Below are positions 36,901 through 48,380 of a stretch of DNA of 64,000 bases, piece by piece. This stretch comes from Mytilus trossulus. Its lineage: Eukaryota. The DNA lies in assembly GCF_036588685.1 (NCBI RefSeq), contig NC_086377.1, forward strand, positions 13,268,001-13,332,000. Direction: 5' to 3'. The notes under the pieces were generated by a model that saw only the letters and a list, made by a program, of their open reading frames with translations, was not told where the DNA came from and did no database searches. The position numbers and the translations under genes are program-made. Position 1 is the first letter of the stretch, and the number at the start of each line of letters is the position of its first letter.

Positions 36901-37895
36901 TCAGTTGGAAAGTTTGCAAAAAAGTCCCATCTTGCTTGAAATGTAATAAAGTTTGTCAGTAGAGTGTTTGATGTAGCCCTTGTAGCAAGAGGAAGTCCAA
37001 TTGCCTATTGTACAAATTTCTGAGTCTGAGCATCCAGCAGCTGATGCACAAGTTGCACCGCCTCTACGCAAGCTGTGAAACGAGTATTGTGAAGTGTCTA
37101 TTCCACAACGCACTAAGAGTTTGTGAAGAATTTTGTCTATGTCTGACTTTGAAAAGGCACAAATCTTTCCCTTACTATCACTAAGACCAAAAGCGGGTTC
37201 TCCTGGTAGTGCAGGCAACATTGTTACCATTCTAGAATAAGCCAGTACCGGGCATAGAGTACAATCCTCGACTCTTTTAAGAGGAATCTGGTGAATATTT
37301 TTATGTTTTTGACTAGTTTTTGACCACTGTATATCGATAATTAATCCTTCCTCAGTAATTTGAATATCACCTCTGGTTAACTGCTCCTTAGGGTTAAACG
37401 TTGTCCTTGAATTGTTAGCGAATTGTGATTTTCTAAGCATAGCATAAAAGCTTATCATAATAACAGCCCACATCACAGCATCCTGTACACTTGTCATATC
37501 TAGGACTTCAAACATGCGGTTCAAATGATATGGTTCAAATGGTAATTTTATATTTGGAATATTAGTATTAAGCTTGTCAATACCTGACAAGGTTAGCCTG
37601 AGCGACGGTGAATTAAACTCCTCAGTATCAAAATTTAACAGAATGGCCCACGTTTTAACACCTGATAAGTAATTTCTAACGGATCCACTATTCTTAAAGT
37701 TATCTGACAAAAAACACACATATCCGCAGAGTGTCTCTTGATCAACAGGAAATGCTGATCTACAAAATTTTTCACAAAACAAAAGGTATGTATTTAGCTG
37801 AGTCCTCAAATTTTTAAAAGTTCCCGGTCTGAAGGCTGCTTTTAAAACTGTTCTTGCTTTCCGACGAAGTGATAGCCATTCGTCTGATCTGGTTT
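36901..37895 (-). CDS. Tyrosine recombinase (YR) of the Ngaro element; 5' end probably supplied by splicing
   Basis: Catalytic motifs AMLRKS (R), WSKT (K), HSLRRGGA (H-x-x-R), GNW, YKGY (Y). Frame open from 37920 with no N-terminal ATG; acceptor TTTCAG with AG at 37897-37896. Confidence 0.9.
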
Positions 37896-37901
37896 CTGAA
37901 A

Positions 37902-39830
37902 TTAAATTGAAAAGTCTAACTTAAATAATTTGTCCAGCACTTCAATATCTAACATACAATTGTCATCTAAAGCAGTTGACAGTTTTGCATAAGGGTTTTC
38001 AATTGATGTCCAACGCGACAAAATATCTGCTGCTCGATTGTTTATTCCTTGAATATGTATCGCTTTGATTTGAATGTTATATTGCGCACAAATTAACCAA
38101 ATGTTTCTTGCTATGCTAAGCATGATTTTATCACGACATCTACCTGTATTAAGTAGACTGACTGAAGATGAATTGTCACATTGCAACACAATACGTTTAT
38201 TTTGCAGTTTTTTACCCCACACTTTAAAACTGATCAGGACAGCCAAAAGTTCATAAACACTAATATGGTGGCCTGACCAAGATGTATGTATATCACTATG
38301 AAAGTACTCAGTGATGCCACTATTATAAAAAATACCACCTATTCCTGATAAAGACGCATCAGTTTGTATTAATTGGTCCGGTGTGGTCCAGATATGCTCT
38401 GGAATTGTGGTTTTTCCATTGAACCTTGTCATGAATTTTAAAAACCATTTCAAGTCTTTTTTGGCTTCGCCATTCAAATTAATATGATGACCTTTGCGTG
38501 ATACAGTTCTGAGTAGAGCAAGCAAGCGTGCAATGAATAACCTTGCAGATCTAATACAATCAGCTATGTAGGACAACTTTCCAATAATTGATTCAAGCTT
38601 TTTTCTTGTGATAGTTTTCTTAGTCAATAATTTCTCAATAACTCCTTTTATTTCACATAATTTGTCCATGGGAATAGAAATTGTCATATTTACAGTGTCA
38701 AATTGTTTTCCAAGAAATACCATATTTGTGTTGGGTGCACAACATTTTTGCTCTGCAACTTTAAAACCAAGATCATCAATTAAATTTTTGAGAATGTGAA
38801 AACCATTCCCCGCAAATTCTGTCGTTTCAGCTGAACCTATATCATCAATATAGTTAACACCATTGTAACCCATGTTTCTGTACATGTACATTATAGCATT
38901 TGTGGTCCTTTGTGCTGCCATAGCCCCTGTACGCAAACCGAAGGGAATTTTAGTGTCAAAGTATAACTGGTCATTCCAGACTAGTCCTAATAAATGATAA
39001 TCATAGGGATCAACCGGTAACCAACGGTAACATCTCTTTATGTCCACTTTGTACAATAGACAGTTGGGACCCTTTTCGTTTATAAGCTGTACTAAGTGAT
39101 CAGTGGCAGGGTAGTGTAATGTGAATGGGTCACCCATGTAAGTATGTTTTGGTATGCCATCATTGACTGAAGTACCTATGGGAAAGGACAAGTCCATGAT
39201 AGTTCTTCTCTCTATTGTATCTTTTTTGGGAACAGAAGACAAAGGTGAGGTAGCTAAAGGAACTTGAAAAGGGTTGACCTTAAAAGGGCCAACTAAAGCA
39301 TTATATGATAATTCTTTGTTTATGTATTCGTCTATGTGCTCACTAAAAAACAATGCTGACTTGTGATTTCTAACAATAGTCTCTGGAAATTCATGTTTGC
39401 TATAGCCAACAGGCCAACCAAATTCTAAAAAATCAACAATTTTATAGTCATGATAACCATCTAACAATTTTCTCCATATAGGAATGTTCATTGTTGAAGG
39501 AACATGTATTTGTGATCCAATATAATTTGGAACCCCTGATTTAAAAACAATATCATGAAGAACAACAGGATTTTGACACACCTGATTAATATCATCATTA
39601 ACATTATTATCTACCAGTGTAAAGTCATTTACAATTTTTCTACATGTACGATCTACACAAGTACCAATAACAGTACTTTTAAAAAATTTATCTACATTTG
39701 ATCTGCTTTGAAATTTTGAAGGCATAATAAATGGTTTTGATTTTACATTGATTTCATTATGTGTGTAAGAATTGTCAGTTTGTGTTGATACATCAATAGT
39801 TATAGCTGAATTACCACATACTTTTCCTAG
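37902..39830 (-). CDS. Reverse transcriptase-RNase H (pol) of the Ngaro element
   Basis: KVDIKRCY, PFGLRTG, NYIDD, FLG; RNase H TDAS, ELLA, CDN, NRAADILSR. First ATG at 39725, but the frame is open back to the gag stop at 39831. Confidence 0.95.
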   Translation of the reverse strand, partial: LGKVCGNSAITIDVSTQTDNSYTHNEINVKSKPFIMPSKFQSRSNVDKFFKSTVIGTCVDRTCRKIVNDFTLVDNNVNDDINQVCQNPVVLHDIVFKSGVPNYIGSQIHVPSTMNIPIWRKLLDGYHDYKIVDFLEFGWPVGYSKHEFPETIVRNHKSALFFSEHIDEYINKELSYNALVGPFKVNPFQVPLATSPLSSVPKKDTIERRTIMDLSFPIGTSVNDGIPKHTYMGDPFTLHYPATDHLVQLINEKGPNCLLYKVDIKRCYRWLPVDPYDYHLLGLVWNDQLYFDTKIPFGLRTGAMAAQRTTNAIMYMYRNMGYNGVNYIDDIGSAETTEFAGNGFHILKNLIDDLGFKVAEQKCCAPNTNMVFLGKQFDTVNMTISIPMDKLCEIKGVIEKLLTKKTITRKKLESIIGKLSYIADCIRSARLFIARLLALLRTVSRKGHHINLNGEAKKDLKWFLKFMTRFNGKTTIPEHIWTTPDQLIQTDASLSGIGGIFYNSGITEYFHSDIHTSWSGHHISVYELLAVLISFKVWGKKLQNKRIVLQCDNSSSVSLLNTGRCRDKIMLSIARNIWLICAQYNIQIKAIHIQGINNRAADILSRWTSIENPYAKLSTALDDNCMLDIEVLDKLFKLDFSI

Positions 39831-40985
39831 TCATCTGTGTGCAGGAAAGTCATGTTGCCAATTTTGGACATAGTCTGAACCTCGACCTCGACCTGCATTA
39901 CCCTGGAACTGTTTTTGACTTTGACAGTCTTTAGCAGCATGATTCATTATAGTTTTTCGTTTAATCCAGCATGAACTACAGAAATGTTCCTCCAATAAAC
40001 CCAGAGTATTTTTGTGTAATTCTTTTTTGTTGCATGAACCTTTGTTGTAAGCTGAACAATAAAACCTAGGGTGAGACTGATGCAAGCGACGTGCTTTGCA
40101 AAATTCAAAATTGTCATTCCATGAAGCACGACCAGTTTCTATTTCTCGTAGTACATCTTTGTGAAATGCAAGCACATCAGACCATATAAATTGTTCACTA
40201 TAAAACATAAGCTGTGTCAGATGTTCAGCACGTTTGTCTCTATATTCTGCGGGTTCAATATTATGTATAATGTAATTTTCTCCTCTGACAAGAGCAGGCA
40301 TACTTAAGGACATGAATTCGATATCGTCACTCCCGGCAAACTCATGAGGCCATGCGATATGAAAAATTGCCTTATCACTAGATTTTCTAGATGAACCAGA
40401 TTTTGAAAGGTTTTTATTCTTTTTGAGTTTGAATTTAGGATAGTTAAGTGTTTTGAATGTTTGTGTGAAATGAATCTCACCTTCTGATTCTGTATCACTA
40501 TCGGAATCATCAGATATGAATAATTTGCTCACTAATCCTTTCTGTTTTTCTGTTATTTTCTGTTTCAAGTCTTCGTCTTTTCTCAAGGATTTTAAATCAA
40601 TTTTGTTAGTTTGGTCCTGTTTTTGTTTCACGTTAAAGTCCGTTTGCTTAAGTTTCTTTTTCAGAGTTTTGTTCTTTTCGACAAGTTCACGCAATTTAAT
40701 TTCTTCTAAAAGTTTTTCATTCTCTTGCTCTAGAGCTGACAAAGTCTCGTCAAGGCTTTGTTTCGGGGTTTTGGGTACATTACCCGCCATGGTTTCCAGC
40801 GCGCCATTTTCACTTTTATCGGGGGTGGAAGAAAGATTTTCTACAGACATAGCATTAGCACCCTGTCCCTGATTACGTGTATCAAAAGAAAAGTCATAAG
40901 ATATGTTCTTTGGACATCTGATCCCCGTTGGTCCTCTATGATCAACAACTTTGGTCCCACAAAAGCTACAAATCCTTTGGGACAT
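39831..40985 (-). CDS. Gag-like ORF1 of the Ngaro element (384 aa)
   Basis: N-terminal CxxC-x6-H-x7-C, coiled coil, acidic patch, C-terminal C..YNKG.C...H / H.CSSC...H....C zinc-finger cluster and RG-rich tail; the ATG overlaps the end of repeat A1. Confidence 0.85.
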   Translation of the reverse strand: MSQRICSFCGTKVVDHRGPTGIRCPKNISYDFSFDTRNQGQGANAMSVENLSSTPDKSENGALETMAGNVPKTPKQSLDETLSALEQENEKLLEEIKLRELVEKNKTLKKKLKQTDFNVKQKQDQTNKIDLKSLRKDEDLKQKITEKQKGLVSKLFISDDSDSDTESEGEIHFTQTFKTLNYPKFKLKKNKNLSKSGSSRKSSDKAIFHIAWPHEFAGSDDIEFMSLSMPALVRGENYIIHNIEPAEYRDKRAEHLTQLMFYSEQFIWSDVLAFHKDVLREIETGRASWNDNFEFCKARRLHQSHPRFYCSAYNKGSCNKKELHKNTLGLLEEHFCSSCWIKRKTIMNHAAKDCQSQKQFQGNAGRGRGSDYVQNWQHDFPAHR

Positions 40986-41122
40986 AAAAACGTGGTTTCA
41001 AATTGGATCGATAATTGATGTGCTAAACATATCTCTTTTAGGAAAGAGCTATATTGGTGAATCTAAAACATGGAGTACGCCCCGACAAATTAAACAAAAT
41101 GACTAGCCATTTTTAACCAATT
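40984..41122 (-). repeat. Split direct repeat A1 (139 bp), 5' end of the element
   Basis: Identical by eye to 36526-36664 (offset 4458). Confidence 0.95.
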
Positions 41123-41462
41123 CACTTTTTTTCGTTCGAAAATTAGAGTGTACTATATTGTACTTATTTGTTGTACTGTGGTTTTATATTTGTTTATGCC
41201 CGATTTTTTCACCAGTACCGTATACTATCTTGTCAATCCATTGTTCTGGAAGATCATATAGTCATTACATATATAAAAAAAGAAGATGTGGTATGATTGC
41301 CAATGAGACAACTATCCACAAAAGACCAAAATGAAACAAACATCAAACCATATAGGTCACCGTACGGCCTTCAACAATGAGCAAAGCCCATACCGCATAG
41401 TCAGCTATAAAAGGCCCGATAAGACAATGTAAAACAGTTCAAACAAGAGAACTAACGGCCTT

Positions 41463-42536
41463 CCCAGATAGCAATACTTTGTTTGGCCAACATTGGTGAT
41501 TAGTTGGCACAGTTGGTAAACAGTTGGCGTTGGAAGGACAACAAGAGACCAGCGTTGGTCCAACAACATTGAGCCAACAGTTATTTTGACACTGTTGGCC
41601 CCTCGTTGGCCCAACAACTTAGCAGTTGGTGCGCACCAACTGTCATTTTTGTATGGTTGGCCAAATGTTGGCCCAACATTTTCTTACCAACTGTTATTTA
41701 AGTAGTTGGTCCAATGATATTTGACTTATGTCGTCCATTGGTTCAGTGTAAGATCTTCTGACTGAACCCACTGAACCAATTTTAAACAAACTCTATTTGA
41801 ATGCTCATTCTTAGGATATATTGCATGACAATATTGAAATATAAGCCAACATTGTGCCAACAATATGCCAACGTATTAAGTACTTATCTCCCCATTTTAT
41901 ACCACAGATTTTTTTAATTTTTTTTAAATATTATTCCAAAGTGCAAACAAAAAGATGTGCTCTTCGTTCTCTTTATCATATATTTTCAAATCTGTGTAGT
42001 CATCTAAATGTATTTATCTTAATGTTTGAATATTTTTTTGCGCAAATAAAAAATATTTAAAACCAGCCCAAACAAATAAATTAAATTTGAATATAGTTTC
42101 ATTGGAAAAATAACCTATATATTCTTCTGATGAATTGACACGAGTGGATTTCTCACTTTTCAAATGATAGGCGGTTGTATATTCTATATCAATATACAAT
42201 ACAGTATAGACCATAAAATACTGATTACTAAAATTATAATAAGGGAAGCTTATAAAACGTTGGCAAACTGTAGTACAACCAACAATGGCCCAACATAATT
42301 CCAAAACTAGACTACGTTGGTAGACTGTTGGCAAACAGTTAACATTGTTGGCAGATTGTTGGCAAATAGTTAACTTTGTTGGCATACTGATGTTGGCCCA
42401 ACAAAGACCCAACATGTTGGGCCAACGAAGGGCCGATGAGCAAAATGACGGTGGCCCAACATAGTTTTCCAACGTTGGCCCAACAATGTTGCCAACAAAA
42501 TGCCAACGTGGGCCCAACACATGTTTGCTATCTGGG
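41463..42536. mobile_element. Non-autonomous CMC/EnSpm-like DNA transposon nested in a SINE-like repeat
   Basis: CCCAGATAGCAA...TTGCTATCTGGG termini, 2-bp TT duplication, many subterminal GTTGG/CCAAC repeats; the host repeat resumes after 42538. Confidence 0.75.
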
Positions 42537-43924
42537 TTATTTATGTAAAAAAATGAACGAAAAACAAATATGTAACACATAAACAAACGACAACCACTGA
42601 ATTACAGGCTTCTGACTTGACTTGACATACATAAATAATGTGGCGGGGTGAAACATGTTAGCGGGATTTCAACCCTCCCCCTAACCTAGATCACCAGTAT
42701 ATATTTTTTGAGACAGATTTTTTTTATAATTTGCCAAAATGAAGATTTAACTATGCTCTTTTCAAAAATTTAATAAAAGTATGGGTCACCGTGCTATTTT
42801 TCAAGCAATGAGACGTTGAAAATTGCAAAAATTTGGTTAGTTTGTTCATGAAAAAACCGATTAGTGTGCATGAAAAAAATTCTATGAGATAGAATTTTGA
42901 AATAAATTGTGAGAAGAAAGGTTTCATAATATGTTTAAGACAATAAAAAGAAAACATGGTGTCATCGAACTTGTTTTCCTGTTACAAGTAAAAATAAAAA
43001 AATTCCCAATTAGCCCAGTATAAATTTTGTATTGAAAGAGTTATCTCCCCTTAAATGGCTTATTTGAAAAAAATAGTTTAAAACCAAAAAAAATGATATT
43101 TGTTAAAATATTTTGTATAGTACGATTAATAAACAGGTTTTCTTCAAATAGAAGAAACAGTTTATCTATTGAATTGCAACTCCGTCTCTAAATTTGCAGA
43201 TTTAGGCAAATAACTAGACCGATTTTGTACTGTGATTGTACAATTCAAGATGGCGGTATACCATTAATCTACGACATAAGAACGAACTATAAAAATCAGT
43301 TGAAAAAGCCTTAACTCATCAGATAGACAAAAAATATGTATTTAATCTGTCCACATTCCAACATATCTTAGATATTCACCTTACATAAGCGTTTGTTTAT
43401 AAACTAAGTTATGTCTTATTTTAAAGTTCCACCAGAGACAATACTGTTCTGCTTTTGTATAATGGTAAAGAGTGCTTAGATAGGGATCACTCACTTGCTC
43501 TTGATTGGTAATATAACTTAATCTGTATCTTATGCCATTATTCTCTTTTTTTTTTTCCCCCAAAGTTATTCTTTATTCTTTTTATTACAGCATAGTTTAT
43601 TCTTTATTCTGGACATTTTATGTTTATAAATCTTCAACGTTTTCAGTTCTTAAAATGTATACATATTTGGCTTTCTGATAGTTGGCTTTAAGTGTTCAAG
43701 ATGAAGGTAAATCCAGAAAAGCTCATTGAACACATGAAACCAATAACGAGTTGTTTTCAATATTGTTTTTGCCCAATAATCTGTGTTCTGTAAACCCCTT
43801 CCAGACCTTCGTTTATTACTGGAAAAGACTTATCGGCGGATGTCACTATAGCTAGTGGAGAAAGAACTGCTTACCTGTCCGGAGCACCTGTTTCAAACTC
43901 TTGCTCTTGATTGGTAATATAACT

Positions 43925-44399
43925 TAATCTGTATTTTAAAGTGTAGATTTTTGCGGATTGCAGTATGTCTCTGCACCGTTTTTCATTAATTTGATCATAG
44001 ATCTTTTTAATTCCGCTTATGGCCTCCTTTATGATGCTTCAGTTTTTTGGTTTTTTTTTTTCAATTCTCACGCGACCATACCATACCATTCAATCCTATA
44101 TATTTGCATGAATGAAACTCTAACTATCTTAAATTGTTAATTCTACAATAATGTAGTTATCGTTTATTATAAATGGCCTTGATCCCCTCCTATACTTTTA
44201 TAATCATTCAATTTAAAAATATTTTATATTCAAAAATAACATTCAAATACTACACTGAAAAGTGTATTTGACATTTAGGAAGGGCAAAGTTATTTCTACG
44301 AGGCGAAATATACATAAATAATTTAATTTGCTCTCCCCTGATTTAGTCGGTCAATCCATTTCTGACGTACATTAGTTCTAGTTGGTATTTGGAAATAGG
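43925..44399. repeat. ~475-bp direct repeat, left copy (right copy 45446-45918)
   Basis: TAATCTGTATTTTAAAGTG...TTGGAAATAGG on both sides of the LINE fragment; about 5 substitutions plus a T-run difference. Confidence 0.92.
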
Positions 44400-45445
44400 C
44401 TTCTCAAATAAATTAGAAAATTTACAATTAGAGGCCGCAAGAATAGTAACAGGTCTACCAATATTTACAAAAACTGAAACTTTTTATTCTGAGGTTGGCT
44501 GGGAATCTCTTTTTGAAAGAAGAAGGAGAAGAAAATTACAGATGTTTTATAACATGAACCAAAAGCATGCACCAGAATATTTATGTAATCTTGTACCTCC
44601 TTGTGTACAAAGTACAACCAACTACCCGTTGCGAAATGGTCATGATATTATTGTTCCATTTTGTAGACTTTCTCTTACTACTGAATCGTTCATTCCCTCT
44701 ACCATACGTGAATGGAATAAACTTGATCCAAAAATTCGCAGTGTCGACTCTATTTCTAAATTTAAGAAAGAATTAAAAAACGATAGTCAAGTATGTAAAA
44801 TTGAAACGTTTTATTTGTACGGCCCAAGGAAATTAAATATTATCTTAACGCAATTGCGATGTTCCGCTTCATCCTTAAACAATGACCTATTTAGAGCTAA
44901 CATTATAAATGATCCTTCTTGTCATTGTGGGTCCAATATTGAGGATGTCTACCATTACTTCTTCGTTTGCCCAAAATACACATTATGTAGGAAAAACTTA
45001 TTCGATAACCTTAACTGGCTATCTGAAAACTTTGTTTTAGATACAAAACTATTAATTTGCGGACACTTGGAACTTTCGAACGAACAAAATATTCAAATTT
45101 TCAAACATGTTCAGAATTACATAAAAAGGTCAAACAGATTTCTTATGCCTTGATAGAGCGTTATTATTGCTGACACAGGACGTCATCGTTGTCATCAATC
45201 CACAAGTCATCATCACAGAAGTATACGATTTTTCAAACTTTCTTTTTCCTTTTTTCCTTTGTCTCCTCTTTGTTCACCTATGAAAGCTAGTATTATATTG
45301 TATAAACTGTTTGTTTTATATGCATGTCCATTATATTATACTGTTATTGTAACTTTATATTGTATTATGGAGAAGACTTCATAAGTATGATTTACTTGTG
45401 TCTAATCCATTTTGCCTTAATTCAGCAAATAAAATATGTTTAAAC
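44400..45445 (+). mobile_element. 5'-truncated non-LTR retrotransposon (CR1-like ORF2 C-terminus plus 3' UTR)
   Basis: Open frame to 45153: LE.LQLEAARIVTGLP, GWESL..RR, APEYL, SFIPST..EWN.L, C.CG..ED..HYFF.CP.Y; ends AATAAAATATGTTTAAAC. Confidence 0.88.
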
Positions 45446-48380
45446 TAATCTGTATTTTAAAGTGTAGATTTTTGCGGATTGCAGTATGTCTCTTCACCGT
45501 TTTTCATTAATTTGATCATAGATCTTTTTAATTCCGCTTATGGTCTCCTTTATGATGCTTCAGTTTTTTGGGTTTTTTTTCAATTCTCACGCGACCATAC
45601 CATACCATTCAATCCTATATATTTGCATGAATGAAACTCTAACTATCTTAAATTGTTAATTCTACAATAATGTAGTTATCGTTTATTATAAATGGCCTTG
45701 ATCCCCTCCTATACTTTTATAATCATTCAATTTAAAAATATTTTATATTCAAAAATAACATTCAAGTACTACACTGAAAAGTGTAGTTGACATTTAGGAA
45801 GGGCAAAGTTATTTCTACGAGGCGAAATTTACATAAATAATTTAATTTGCTCTCCCCTGATTTAGTCGGTCAATCCATTTCTGACGTACATTAGTTCTAG
45901 TTGGTATTTGGAAATAGGACTGAAGTGTGGTGTTATCTTGAAGTACCAACTTTCAGAACATTCGTGAAACAAACAATATATAATGTAACTTAAATGGCTG
46001 ATATATACAAAATGTACATGGGAAAGGAATTTTTAATATGTCTTACAAGTTTAGGAAAAACCCGAAAATATGTGACCTAGGTGTTTGCAAATGTCCAATT
46101 TGATTCAAAACTATTTCGATAACATATACACGAATTCTCTATGAAATGATTTACTCAATCCATTTGTTTATATCTTCACTTACTTATTGCTAATATTACG
46201 TCACGTGTAAAAAGTATAAGTCGAACGCTGCATTTGTTCAATTTGACTTTGCTTAAATCATAGTTTGTATTAATGGACTATTTTTAAATGTTCATATATT
46301 TTACATGCACCAAACATATATGGTCTTTATAATTTACACACAGCGATGCACATTCGTACTTATATCGAGACTATATGAAAAAAGAAGTTGTGGTATGATT
46401 GACAATGAGACAACTATCCATAAAAGACCAAAATGTCACACATTAACAACTATATGTCACCGTACTGCCTTCAACAATGAACAAAGGCCATACCGCATAG
46501 CCAGCTATAAAAAGCCCCGATAAGACAATGTAAAAAAATTCTAACAAGAAAAATAACGGATCTCGAATCAATAAAACTTTGGACTCTTTTGAAACGTGTT
46601 TGTCCGCGTAGTAATATGTTTGACTTTGTTAAATTGCCGTATTTACAATCTTGAAAAGAAATATCACATTAACAAAAAGATACTAAAATCAACACTCGTT
46701 ATCATTAAATGCTGAGGGTTATCAATTTGTTTGTATATGTCGTCTCAATAACTCATCTTATTCATGAAAATTGATCCCAAAGCCTTTTGAATTAAACAAA
46801 TAAAGGGTTCGTATAGTTAAATATCCTTAACCAAGAAACGTACAACGTGCAAGTATCTACCCTGTAGTACACGTGCACTAACATAAAGCAAAATCCTCTT
46901 TATTAACTAAATACTTGGGACCCCCTCCTTTTCCATCGGGCACCTACCCCTCCATCGCCCCACCAATATTAAAAACAAAAACGAATCGAATACCCCTTCA
47001 AAATGAATTAGACCGTTGGTTTTCCCGTTTTAATGGTTTTACACTAGTAATTGAGAGGCCCTTTATAGCTTGTTCTTCGGTGTGAGCCAAGGCTCCGTGT
47101 TGAAGGCCGTACTTTAACCTGTAATGGTTTACTTTTTAAATTGTTACTTGGATGGAGAGTTGTCTCATTGGCACTCACACCACATCTTCCTATATCTATT
47201 CTCATAAAATCAAATATGAATAAAGACAATTCAAGTAAAAACAAACAACTAGAGAACCCTTTTTTATTAATCAAACACATCAATTTCTAAACATAACAAA
47301 AAATCTTATTAAACACTTACCTGACAACTAAAACTTAAGAATCCTCAAACAATAACGAAACCCGAAAACATTTTAAACGCATCAGTAATAAAATCCATGA
47401 AATGTTTTACAAAACACAACACTATCGAAATCAAAGAAACTTTATCCTACAGTACAAAAAAAACAAAAAAAAACAAAAAAACGAATACAAAAAAAAAATA
47501 TAAAAAAATATAAAAAAAAACAAAATATAAAAATTTGTGGAATTGCTTAATAAAAACATTACAAAATAGATACATAGGAACTTTTATAAAACGTACACAG
47601 CTACTTTTGAATAGGTACTATTTCTGTACCAAAAATCTGTAATACTGGAAATCTACTTTTAATATTCAGTACTATTTTGTTACTAAAGAATTATTGTAAT
47701 ATTTAGGTACTTGTATTTTACAGTACTTTGGTCCCGATATCCCGAGCTTAAAAACATGAAATCCAGAGGTTCCAAGTTTAAAGAAATTTAAATCCCGACA
47801 AACCGATATTCGAAAAAAGAATTCTCGGATCCCGAAAGGATCAATTCCGAAAGGATCAATCCCGAAATCTCGAGCTTACAAACACCAGATCCCAACGTTC
47901 AGAAAAAAAGTCCTTCCCCCTCAATAAGGCCATTAACCAGGAAGTCAAATGACAAAACAATTGCCACTTCAAACCAATGTGTTGGGTAATTGACTATCCC
48001 CAATAAACGTGACCTTCACAATCCACAATAATTGACCTTTACAATTCACACAATTCTGCATATCGAATATACTTATCAGATCTAGACTTAATAATACAGA
48101 AAATTGTGGGCATTAAAAGTAATTTTATTTACTACATGTAACCTTTAACCTGGTATTTAAGTAGTATGATGAAGTCAATTTTAGTATATTTTATGGGGTG
48201 AACTGTAACGAATAGGAATGAATGTGGTATTATAGAAGCTAAGTTGACAGGAAACAAGCGATAGCGGAGAGCGTGTAGCTGGTATAAATAGAAGCTAAGT
48301 TGAAAGGGGACAAAAGAGAGTGGAAAGCGTGTAGCTGGTAAATAGGCCGTTGTTTAAACAAGACATAAAACATATATATA

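Larger units (their letters stand above)
36184..41122 (-). mobile_element. Full-length Ngaro-type (DIRS order) tyrosine-recombinase retrotransposon, 4939 bp
   Basis: Layout A1(41122-40984)-gag-RT/RH-YR-B1(36836-36661)-A2(36664-36526)-spacer-B2(36359-36184). Split direct repeats, no methyltransferase domain after RNase H, ORFs uninterrupted. Confidence 0.93.

Noticed and set aside
36184-41122. Prophage or bacterial integrative element (integrase plus RT, retron- or DGR-like)
   Set aside because: RT-RNase H, gag-like zinc fingers and A-B-A-B split repeats are diagnostic of DIRS-order retrotransposons.
42014-42586. 190-aa ORF
   Set aside because: Runs through the repetitive subterminal region of a non-autonomous transposon and across its boundary; no domain motifs.
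43695-43745. Additional hammerhead (AAGATGAAGG...CCAGAAA)
   Set aside because: Core CUGA lost and stem III not formed; at most a decayed remnant.
44389-44399. Start codon of the 254-aa ORF
   Set aside because: The TTG start lies in the duplicated flank; the ORF is a truncated LINE ORF2, not a gene.
43925-45918. LTR retrotransposon or TRIM
   Set aside because: The repeats lack TG...CA ends, PBS and PPT, and the interior is a LINE 3' end with its own terminus.
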